Assembly (NCBI GenBank): GCA_013239625.1
Contig: MU054118.1
Coordinates: 55,807-75,806 of the forward strand
Origin: Lama guanicoe
Taxonomy: Eukaryota
DNA length: 20,000 bases
Direction: 5' to 3'
Shown here: positions 11,141-20,000 of the stretch, piece by piece
Layout: each line of letters opens with the position of its first letter
How positions within the stretch are numbered: position 1 is the stretch's first letter
The notes under the pieces: model-generated
The model's input: only the letters and a program-made list of their open reading frames with translations
The model's database searches: none
Told to the model about the DNA's origin: nothing
Made by a program: the position numbers and the translations under genes

Positions 11141-11234
11141 TCTTCCACCCATTCTGCTCACCCCCTCGGTCTGACTCCCCATTCAGGTGCACGTTACCTT
11201 GCTGCAGCACAGCCATAGGGTTGGCTTCTTCGTC

Positions 11235-11292
11235 TTGTACTTTTGTACACTTCAGGTGCTTAATAAATGCTGAGGCTGCTGAACAGATGAGT
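11235..11292 (+). mobile_element. L2 3'-end fragment
   Basis: CAGGTGCTTAATAAATGCTG...TGAACAGATGAGT resembles the L2 terminus. Confidence 0.45.
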
Positions 11293-11339
11293 GGGTGACC
11301 CATGGCCCTGGGCCGCATGCAGCAAGCTACCCTCCCCCA

Positions 11340-11530
11340 AACAATAATAAAAAGCCCTACAGCTTTCTGCCTGTTCGACCTCAATGAATCTGCACAGCCA
11401 TTCTATGCGACAAGTCCTGTCGTTATCCGTCTCAGCCAAGCTCAGTTGGACAGCAGCAGCTTGCAGCTTATGGAGCTTGCTCAGGTCACACAGCTGATAA
11501 ATAGTGAATCTGGGATTTGGACCCATTTCA
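11340..11530 (+). mobile_element. MIR SINE
   Basis: CTTGCTCAGGTCACACAGCTGATAAATAGTGAATCTGGGATTTGGACCCA is the MIR core. Confidence 0.7.
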
Positions 11531-11622
11531 TAGGAAGCTGGATGAGGGAAAGGCAGGTTTGGGGCAGCTGACGGCAGAGAGAAGCCCTGCCCCAGCTCTG
11601 CCCTGTAAGCCCAGCTACTCAT

Positions 11623-11994
11623 CGCATCTGTCAGAGTCAACTGCCCTGCCACCAGCCTTGCAGGGGAGCTCTGGTGTCAGGCTTCTCCTCACTTGGCCTG
11701 CTCTCCTAGGTCACATGCCAGAGGCAGGAGTGCCCTGGGGCTGAAGCTGGCTCTGTCTCTCTTTTTGGAGATGGAGATGGAATTCTCACTGGCGAACACT
11801 GTCCCGCTGGCTCCAACTCAGGACCTGCTGGTCAGGCGGAGGAGATGTGGCTTGCTCCACCGCTGGAGGAGCTAGTGTAGGTGACATTGGCTCTCGCACT
11901 AGAGGTGGTGGTAGAAACAGAGGTGAAGCTATTTCTAGATTAAGGGTTGGCCCTTCTTCTGGCTCGGCCGCTGGCATGAACCTTGAAACTAGTG
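11623..11994 (-). pseudogene. RALGDS-like Pro-rich linker exon and start of the CDC25 domain
   Basis: CTCCAG acceptor; LVSRFMPAAEPEEGPTLNLEIASP...PAGPELEPA...SEEKPD / PARLVAGQLTLTDA versus SEEKPHLLVFPPDLVAEQFTLMDA. Stop at 11706-11708, frameshifts, donor ATGAGT. Confidence 0.9.
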
Positions 11995-12115
11995 CTGGAG
12001 CAAGAAAAAGTAAGGTTCTGACTTTCTCTATGCCTTTAAAAAATTGTCAGGATTCCACTGCCTGTAAAAAGCTACCCAGCCCATAAACCTCACCACAACC
12101 TGCAGTCCCCCTTCT

Positions 12116-12308
12116 CCTCTGGCTCTGTCTCAGTGGGCTCTAGAAGTCCTGCATTGATCAGGAAAAGGAGAGCATGCTGCTTCAGGTCTGACTCACGCCA
12201 ACCGACGTGCACAGAGGCCACCTTTAGCTTGAGGCAGAGACAGTTCAGGGGCTGCCAGCTTCATTGCACATGTTACTCTGGCCAGGTGCCCCAGATGAGA
12301 GAGTCACG
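12116..12308 (-). pseudogene. RALGDS-like exon, end of REM domain
   Basis: DSLIWGTWPE*HVQ*SWQPLNCLCLKLKVASVHVGWRESDLKQHALLFLINAGLLEPTETEPE versus AISSILGTWLDQYSEDFCQPPDFPCLKQLVAYVQLNMPGSDLERRAHLLLAQLEHSEPIEAEPE. Stops at 12273-12275 and 12261-12263. Confidence 0.9.
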
Positions 12309-12758
12309 TGCAGAGTCAGAGGCCTGGCCTTTCATTCAACACTGGGTTCCCAGCACCCTTCTTTGGGTCTGAACCCAGATCATGGTCCCAGCCCACTTCC
12401 AAACCCTGTTTACCTGTCCTGTCCTTGAAAGGCTCAGCCACAGAGCAAGCTAACCGAGATTCTGTGTGAGTCTGATTTTCCTGTTGACACTTCTCCCCAA
12501 GGTCCTGGACAGAGCCTACCCCATGGTCCATGCACATGAGCGTCAGGACTGACTTTGACATTTTGGTGAGCAGGCTGCTCCCCATGCCTCCTGTTCTGGG
12601 CCCCTGTGTGGTGGTCATAAGGGATGGGTATGGAGAGGGTGAGTCAAATGAGATGGGACTGTGGAGAGAATGAATCTCTCAGGGGTCAACTGAGCCTGCC
12701 TCTCCCCTGCTGCTTCCCAGAGAGTCCAGGACCCCATGCACAACTCCCTTTGACTCAT

Positions 12759-12816
12759 TTGCTTTTGCAGGGGAAGGTCCCAGACCTCAGCTCTTCCATG
12801 AAAATCAACAGATGTA
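12759..12816 (-). pseudogene. Possible remnant of the short RALGDS exon (YGCILPYSDEDGGPQDQLKN equivalent)
   Basis: Correct position, ends AA|ATGAGT, but sequence similarity is weak. Confidence 0.3.
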
Positions 12817-13099
12817 CGAGGGCCAGGTGCCTGTTGGCTCCTCCTCAGCCCCAGACCCCATACAATCCCGCTCTATTCTGTGAAGATGGGGGCCTTCTTA
12901 GTGGGCCCAAAGACTGCTCACAGTTTTAGTTGATTCTGTGCTTCATTAACATAGTCAGAATGTAAGAGGACACATCCGTACCTAGAGGAAGCCCTGAGGC
13001 ATCACATCTAATGTACCATGGGTACCAATGCTTACAATGTCTAGAGTGACTGCCCAGCTGTGTGACTAGAATTTCACCCCAGGGGTTGTGACTACTTCA

Positions 13100-13175
13100 T
13101 TCATTAAGTTATTTTACTGTGCAGAAAAATGCCTGCATGTAGCAGGCCCTTAATATATACTACTGAATGAATAAA
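13100..13175 (+). mobile_element. L2 3'-end fragment
   Basis: ATGCCTGCATGTAGCAGGCCCTTAATATATACTACTGAATGAATAAA. Confidence 0.55.
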
Positions 13176-13339
13176 CTACAGTCAGAACCATCCAGTTATC
13201 TGGATAGGCCTGGTGGTCCTATGCCTGCCTCCAGAGATCCCTAATCTGGTCACACCAAGACAAGGACAGGAATAGCTAGATGGAACCTCAACACTTCTTT
13301 GCAAATAGGAAAACAGGTTGCTTTCCGTCTGCTTTTTCT

Positions 13340-13619
13340 CCCCCTTCCACTCCCCTACCCTTATATTGCTCTTCTCCACCTTCTCCCCACTGGTAACCAC
13401 TAGTTTGTTCTCTTTATCCTGAGTCTGCTGCTTTTTGTTTGATTGTTTGTTTGTCATATTCACTCTTTTGTTGTATTATTTGAGATTCCACATACAAGTG
13501 GTATCCTACAACATTTGTCTTTTTCTGACTTGTTTCACTTAGTATAATGCCCCTCAAGTCCATCCATGTTGTTGCAAATGGCAAAATTTCATTCTTTTTA
13601 ATGGCTAATATTCCTATTC

Positions 13620-13653
<34 letters not shown>

Positions 13654-15015
13654 ACATATATCACATCTTATTTTCTCATTCCTCTGTTGATGGACACTTA
13701 GGTTGCTTCCATATCTTGGCAATTCAGCAATTATAAATTATACTGGTGTGAACATTGGGGTGCATGCATCTTTTTGAATTAGTGTTTTTATTTTTCCTTT
13801 TGTTTTTGTTTTGGATATATACCCAGGACTGCAATTGCTGGGTCATATGGTAGTTCTATTTTAAATTTTTTGAGAAACTTCCATACTGTTTTCCACAGTG
13901 GTTGCACCCATTTACGTTCCCACCAACAGTGTGAGAGGGTTCCCTTTTCTTCACATCCTTGCAACATTTGTTATTTGTGTTCTTTTTGATGATAGACATT
14001 CTGACAGGTGTGAGGTGATAATCTCATTGAGGTTTTCATTTACATTTCCTTAATAATTAGCAGTGATGAGCATCTTTTCATGTGTCTGTTGGTCATCTGC
14101 ATTTCCTCTTTGGAAAAATGTCTATTCAGTTTTTCTCCCCATTTTTTAATTAAGCTGCTTTTTAAATTTTTGAATTGAATGAGCTATTTATATATGTTTG
14201 ATATTAATCCCCTATGGTCATATCATTTGCAAATACTTTCTCCCATTCAGTAGGTTGTCTTTTCATTTCTGTTAATGGTTTCCTTTGCTGTGCAAAAGCT
14301 TTCAAGTTTAATTAGGTCCCATTTGTTTATTTTTGTTTTCATTTATTTACTTTAGGAGATAGACCCAAAAATATTGTGGTAATTTATGTCAAAGATTATT
14401 CTGCCTATGTTTTCTTCTAGGAGTTTTATACTATCCGGTCTTGCATTTAGGTCTTTAACCTATTTTGAGTTTATTTTTGTAATGATGTTAGAGAATATTC
14501 GAGTTTCTATTCTCTTACAGGCAGCTGTGCAGTTTTACCACTTATTGAAGAGACTGCCCTTTCCCCATTGTATATTCTTGCCTCCTTTGTCACAGATTAA
14601 TTGTGCATATGTGCATGGGTTTATTTCTGGATTTTCTGTCCTGTTCCATTGATCTGTGTGTCTGTTTTTGTGCCAGTGCCATACTGTTTTGATTACTGTA
14701 GCTTTGTAGTATAGCCTGAAGTCAGGGAGCCTGATTTCTTCAGCTCTGTTCTTCTTTCTGAAGTTTGTCTTGGCTACTTAATGTCTTTTCTGTATGCAAA
14801 CTAGTTTTTAGATTATTTCTTCTAGTTCTGAAATGAAAAATTAAAAAAATGGTATTTTGATAGGGATTGAATTGAATCGTTAGACTGCCTTCAGTAGTAC
14901 TGTCATTTTTAACAATACTGTTTCTAAAACACAGTATGTCTTTCCATCTGTTTGTGTCACCTTTAATTTCTGTCAATAGCATTGTAGTTTCAGAGTACAG
15001 GTCTTTTGCCTCCTT
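13340..15015 (-). mobile_element. LINE-1, 3' part (ORF2 C-terminus and 3'UTR), poly(A) end absent
   Basis: CCCCACTGGTAACCACTAGTTTGTTCTC, CCCTCAAGTCCATCCATGTTGTTGCAAATGGC and CATACTGTTTTGATTACTGTAGCTTTGTAGTATAG; ORF remnants such as KKNEILPFATTWMDLRGIILSE. Confidence 0.95.
13623..13650. repeat. (TG)14 microsatellite inside the L1 3' region
   Basis: Directly visible. Confidence 0.95.
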
Positions 15016-15853
15016 CTCAATCTGTTACCAAAATTTGCAGAAGGAAGAACATTTCTGAACTCATTCTATAAGGCCAGCATCACTCTGATACCAAAACAAA
15101 AATATCAGACACAAAAAAGAAAATTACAGGCCAATAATGCTGATGTACATAGATGCAAAAATCCTCAACAAACTACTAGCCAACCAGCTCCAATAATACA
15201 TTAAAAGAATCACACATCATGATCTAGAGGGATTTATCCCAGGGATGTGTAAAACTTTCAATATTTGCATATCAGTCAATGTGATATACCACATTAATAA
15301 GTTGAAAAATGAAAACTATGTGAGCGTCTCAATAAATGCAGAAAAAGCTTTTGATAAAATTCAACATCCATTTATGATAAAAACTCCAGAGAGTGGGCAT
15401 ACAGGGAACATACCTCAAAATAACAAAGGCCATATATGACATTCCCACCATTCTCAATGTTGAAAAGCTGGTAGCATTTCCTCTAAGATCAGGAACAAGA
15501 CAAGGATGCTCACTCTCACCACTTTTCTAACACAGTTTTGGAGGTCCTCCTTAAAGCAAGCAGAGAAGAAAAAGAAATAAAAGGAATCCAAATCAGGAAG
15601 GAAGAAGTAAACTATCACTGTTTACATATGACATGATATCATAAACAGAAAACCCTAAAGACACCACCAGAAAATTACTATAGCTCATCAATGAATTTGG
15701 TACATTAGGTGCAAGATATAAAATTAATACACAGAAATTGGTTGCATTTATATACACTAACAATAAAGTATGAAAAAGAGAAATTAAAGAAACAATCCCA
15801 TTTACCATCACATCCAAAAGGGTAAAATATCTGGGAATAAACCCACCTAGGGA
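15011..15853 (+). mobile_element. LINE-1 ORF2 reverse-transcriptase segment, inverted 5' part of the same insertion
   Basis: Remnant [19 protein letters not shown] and AGATCAGGAACAAGACAAGGATGC (GTRQGC motif); multiple frameshifts. Confidence 0.95.
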
Positions 15854-16004
15854 TACTTTCCATGTGCATTTCTAAACTCTGAAAGGCCACAGTCCAGTGA
15901 GGGATGGGGCAGAGAGCTTCTTCACTAGGGAGAGATGTAACAAACATGAAGCTGTCCAGCATGCCCGTCAGCCTTCTCTAAAGCACCAGGCCCCAGATAA
16001 GCAT

Positions 16005-16139
16005 CTATCATAGCTTATCCCATGACTTTCTATAGTAGCCCTATGAGGCTTGTTCTTTTACCATCCCACATGTCAAAAGAACAAAGTGAAGCTCACAAAG
16101 GTGCAGTGGGTTTCCAGAGACACACAGGTAAAGGTGGGG
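16005..16139 (+). mobile_element. MIR SINE
   Basis: AGCCCTATGAGG...CATCCCACAT...AAAGTGAAGCTCACAAAGGTGCAGTG...ACACACAG. Confidence 0.6.
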
Positions 16140-16176
16140 CACTCACCACCATGCCATGAATGGGGCAGATATTCAC

Positions 16177-16369
16177 CCATTGAACTGTTGGTGCAGGACA
16201 TGTTGGGCACTGGGGAAGCCTCATAGGAGTGCAGGAAAGTGTTGACATAGGTGATGTTTCTACCCAGGGAGGCTGGTGCCGGTGAGTCTACCAGCTTCTC
16301 CATTGTGCCTTCATTCAGGGTCAACACTGTGCAAGCCTCATCCAGAAACAAGGTTATCTCCTTTTCATA
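16177..16369 (-). pseudogene. RALGDS-like exon 3 (REM / RasGEF_N domain)
   Basis: YEKEITLFLDEACTVLTLNEGTMEKLVDSPAPASLGRNITYVNTFLHSYEA then a 1-nt frameshift to PSAQHVLHQQFN, versus RalGDS YENESALNLYETCKVRTVKAGTLEKLVEHLVPAFQGSDLSYVTIFLCTYRAFTTTQQVLDLLFKR. GTGAAT donor intact; acceptor damaged. Confidence 0.92.
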
Positions 16370-16634
16370 TGAAGTGGACAAGGATGGACATATATTCAGT
16401 GGAATCACCATGAGCCATGAGGATCAGGATGTAGAGCTCAGACCAGAAACTCCCAGAACCTCAAGAACTTGTACCAGAGGAAGGGTTGAGTGTCCACCTT
16501 GAAAAAGTTTCTAGGTTTTAAAGTACAGTGTGATTTAGTGGGAAGAATATGCATTTGGTACCTTCAAGGCATTGTATTATCTCAGGAACAATACTACCAC
16601 CCTATTTTTAGAGCATTATCCCAATGAGTCACCA

Positions 16635-16750
16635 GTAAATATTCTCTCTGTAGATATGAGAAAACAGAAGATGGAGGTTTCAAATGGCTGCTTAGGATTA
16701 AACAGATCAGAACTGAGAACCCTGCAAACATGAGCTGCTTGCCACTCCCT
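16635..16750 (+). mobile_element. MIR fragment
   Basis: TGTAGATATGAGAAAACAGAAG...GAGGTTTCAAATGGCTGCTTAGGATTAAACAG. Confidence 0.45.
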
Positions 16751-16914
16751 CTAAGCCACCTGAGGCTTGCACTGCTCCTGACACAGGGCAGAAGACTCGG
16801 GGAACCACATTCCTCAGAGGACCCCAGGGAAGTGTCATATTTGAGCCTGGGTTTTAGGCCTGCTCTGATCATCTCTAGGTCCTGGGAGTTGAGATCTTCT
16901 GTACCTGTTCTCAT

Positions 16915-17022
16915 CTTAAACCACTGGATATTGTTGGTGGCCTGGTGCACCTGCCCCTTGTCTCTGTAAATGGAGCAGTTGAATTCATTGAACAGCTCCT
17001 TGAAGAGGTCATGGGTGGAGTT
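16915..17022 (-). pseudogene. RALGDS-like exon 2, copy b
   Basis: TTGTAG acceptor, 108 nt = NSTHDLFKELFNEFNCSIYRDKGQVHQATNNIQWFK. Flanking intron is also similar to copy a. Donor reads ATGAGA. Confidence 0.88.
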
Positions 17023-17124
17023 CTACAAAGACAGAACCTGGTATCTTGGCCAGTAAGCATCAGGGACTTTCCACTCAGTGTGAAATTTGATATAATGGCA
17101 GATCTAACAAACTAAAACAGTTCA

Positions 17125-17500
17125 TTAAGACACATGTATGGTGTTCCCTGCAGCACTGTTGAAACGGCAACAAACTTGAGTTGTTGAATTTAATGCTCTG
17201 ACATGAGCAACAACACTGAAAAGCTGGATCATGGTGGCAGTTGGCTGACCTCTTATATGGGATGTTTTGAAGACAAGCAAGGATGCAGCTCTTGACTTCT
17301 TGGGCTTACAATAGTCTGATGTATCTGTGAGATGACATGTCGCAGAGATATAGAATAGTTTAGCCTCATGCCCCCTTTTATGTATAAATATCCATATTAA
17401 GTGAGGTGACTGGTAAGGCTTGGAGCAGGCGTACCAGGACAGTGAAGGTGATTGCTACAGTGGATACCTGCGGTGTGTATTTAAAAGAATCAAAACAGGA
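17125..17500 (+). mobile_element. Ancient L1 (L1ME-like) 3' fragments between the exon 2 copies
   Basis: ACACATGTATGGTGTTCCCTGCAGCACTGTTGAAACGGCAACAAAC resembles L1 ATGTTCATAGCAGCATTGTTTATAATAGCAAAAAAC; the remainder is weak. Confidence 0.4.
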
Positions 17501-17773
17501 ACAAAATGCAAGGATATTCATGAAAAGTAAAAACAATATTAAATATTTCTCTACTATTTCAGCAACTAGCTGACAAGTATCTTTCCCACACTACAGTGTA
17601 GTTTGTGGGGAATTGTCGAGGTCCAGATTCCCCAGGAGTGGTCCTGTTGGCAGCTCATGTGGAAAAGTCTTAGAAGGGCCCCAGGGGGATCTCCAGATTT
17701 GAGTCTGGGTTTGGGGCCCATTCCAGGTCTCTGTGGGTCCCAGATGTGGAGAGACCTCTACAGCTGTTCTCAT

Positions 17774-17884
17774 GTCAGACCAGTGCTGGACACTGTCGAC
17801 AGTTCTGTGCACCTGCTCCTTGCCCAAGGAGTGGGAGCAGCTGAACTTGTTGAGCAGCTCCTCAAAGACCCTCTGGGTGGAGCT
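17774..17884 (-). pseudogene. RALGDS-like exon 2, copy a
   Basis: TTGCAG acceptor, 111 nt = SSTQRVFEELLNKFSCSHSLGKEQVHRTVDSVQHWSD versus RalGDS SSTQEIGEELINGVIYSISLRKVQLHHGGNKGQRWLG (both 37 aa). Donor reads ATGAGA. Confidence 0.88.
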
Positions 17885-18305
17885 CTGCAAAGACAGTGTC
17901 TCAGCTGGGCCTGGAGCCGTCAGGGGTGTGCCTGGATATCGCCACAGGGAGAGACCCTGCTATGAGCAATTCAGTTTCTCATTTTAGGCACAGAGGACCA
18001 TCTGAAAAGTCATCCAACCATGGGGGAAACCAGATGAAACCTCAAGAGCTCAGGATTAACATACGGGTAGATGAGCTTGGTTCTCAGCACTCACCTTCTC
18101 ATCCTGCCAGCCATGACCTGTGGTATAAACATGACAAACCACCAGGCTTCCAGCACCTAACAATCTTCTCTTTCCAAGGAAGGGCATGCACCTCATCCTC
18201 TGACACAACCAACCCCGAAATATGCACACAGTGAGGGACAAAGAAAACAGGGCCGTCAGGGGAATCACATGTGTGGCCCGACCAGCAGTGGGTCACCATG
18301 TTTCC

Positions 18306-18423
18306 CTTGAGTGCTTCCTGTCAAGTGGCCAGAGGTGTGGGTGGTGAGGGAAAGTCTCTCTGGATTTTGCTCAGCCCAGAGCCTCTGAATGTTGGGACAC
18401 AATGTGGCACAACAGGAGAACAT
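18306..18423 (-). pseudogene. RALGDS-like first coding exon (MFSCC...)
   Basis: ATG at 18423 gives MFSCC; after an apparent 10-bp insertion another frame reads CVPTFRGSGLSKIQRD, then HLWP. This matches the N-terminus I recall for laurasiatherian RalGDS-like expansions. Donor is degenerate. Confidence 0.7.
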
Positions 18424-20000
18424 CTTGTTCTTTTCCATCTTTCTGGTCACGCGAGCTCTTGAGGCAGCCGTCTTTGGAGCAAGGGTGCCTGGTACTAGGT
18501 TTCGTTGGGGCCTATCACCAGGGAAGTGAGACCTCTTTTCCAAGATTCCGTTACCTAAGCTCTTTCATTCACTCAAATCTAGCTGTTTCTGAAACGGGGG
18601 ACACACACAGAGTGCTCTGCATGAATCGCTCTGCTCTCGTTCCTCCTGCAAAGTTCAGTGGGCACCAGTGACACAGGAGGCCACTTTTCCTCTGGTGGCC
18701 AGTGCTAGCAGTGCGGCCCCAGACAAGAACACCACCAGACAAGCTGACACCGTTGTTTGGGTGTCCTCAAGGCAGTGGCTCTCCTCAGTCCCCAGGGCAA
18801 AGGAGGAGAATCTATGGGCTCTGCAGGCAGTGCACGTGACCTCAGAAGCTCCCTTCCCCCATTATTCTGTCCACCACTGAGATGACCATCTTTATCCATG
18901 AGGCAACACCTTATTCAAAACAATGATACCCCCACATATGCAAATGAAGACCCTGCGGGTCAAACAAGGAGTGGTCCTGTCCCCGGAACCCAGACTTGGT
19001 CTACAGTGCTCTGGTGCATTTTTCCTTATCCCAAGTCCCTGAGCTCCTGTCTGCTCTAAAAGACCTCTTGAGAGTGGAGAACATTTTCCAAGATTCTCAG
19101 AGCACTGTGGGTCATAGACAGCCAAGGCTGAGGGACACTGTGTGAGCATGTAAAGCCACTGGGGTCACCTACCAAAAGCACCCCAACTTCAAAAGGATAT
19201 TGAGGTCTTTCTCTTATGACCACTGTCTACTAGAGGGTGTGGGCTTGTAGTTCCAGGTGCTCACACAGGTGGACTGCAAGACCCAAGTCCTATCCTACTG
19301 AGGTTGGACCAAGAATGTCCCTGGACAAGACAGAGCCCCAGGAACCCCAGGACTCCTCTGCCCACTTCTGGACTGTGACCATGTAGCTAAGAAAGTGGAT
19401 GTCATCACCACCTGCTAGAGCTGCCCCCAGACTTTCTTCCTTTCCTGTTGTCACTTCCCCACTGTCTGCTTTATTTGACCACACACCTAGTGTGTATGTT
19501 TCTGCACACACGTGGGGATGCAGAGAGGAAAACGACTGCGCAGGAGAGGGGACATGTAGCATCCCCCCACAACCTCTGAGCTTCAATTTCTCCATGCTGT
19601 GGGTTGAGCTTGGGCCTGAGGGAACCTACGGCCCTGCTAATCTTCTGGACTGACTACCTCCTATAGTCTGGGCCAGTACTGCCCTCTGTTTTGGACCTTG
19701 GTTTTGAACTTGTACAGTGAAGGCTTAGATATAGAATTGCATAAGTATGCACTCAGCCACGACTTGTCAGGCTCCATTTATACTGGATAGGATGTCAAAG
19801 TGATGTATTGCTTAACTGTTCATGGGCACTAAATGCTCCCACCAGTCAACCAGTGTCCATGTGAAGGCCAGAAGGGAGCTCTGGCATGTAAGCCCTGCTT
19901 TCCACACACACATGGACAATATACCAAGGTTCTGCTCATGGGGAAGTTCTGAGAGCCCAACTCACCCCTTCACATGTCTTCTGTTCCCAGTAGAAAAGGA

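Larger units (their letters stand above)
5331..18423 (-). pseudogene. Unprocessed RALGDS-like (RalGDS/RGL family RasGEF) pseudogene
   Basis: Collinear exons translate to RalGDS-like peptides (N-terminus MFSCC, REM domain, Pro-rich linker, C-terminal CDC25 part). There are at least 4 in-frame stops, several frameshifts and many broken splice sites. Confidence 0.93.

Noticed and set aside
11070..11384. 104-aa ORF with a nearby poly(T) at 10870-10882 as a processed pseudogene
   Set aside because: The ORF overlaps L2/MIR fragments, no protein is recognised, and there is no canonical poly(A) signal or TSD.
12861..12923. Plus-strand peptide YNPALFCEDGG resembling RalGDS YSDEDGG
   Set aside because: Wrong strand relative to all other exons and too short a match.
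19565..19740. Possible MIR fragments
   Set aside because: Matches too short and degenerate to delimit by eye.

Overview
Mammalian (eutherian, probably laurasiatherian/cetartiodactyl-type) genomic DNA with no intact protein-coding gene; the ORFs in the supplied track are spurious or pseudo-exon fragments. The main content is an unprocessed, minus-strand RALGDS-like (Ral guanine nucleotide dissociation stimulator-like) pseudogene from ~18423 to ~5331. About 11 exons are recognisable in collinear order, several with the lengths expected from RalGDS, but they carry stops, frameshifts and damaged splice sites. Exon 2 is tandemly duplicated. The three central RasGEF exons could not be found; their place is taken by ~4.5 kb containing a CpG island (~9440-10020) and CTCF-like sites. 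An L1 with a twin-priming 5' inversion, a degenerate TSD and no poly(A) end sits in an intron (13340-15853). Downstream of the pseudogene is a diverged ~215-bp tandem array of about 11-12 units (2683-5075), followed by a rearranged ERV LTR with a 171-bp duplication and old L1 fragments. All homology calls come from visual comparison with remembered sequences, not database searches.
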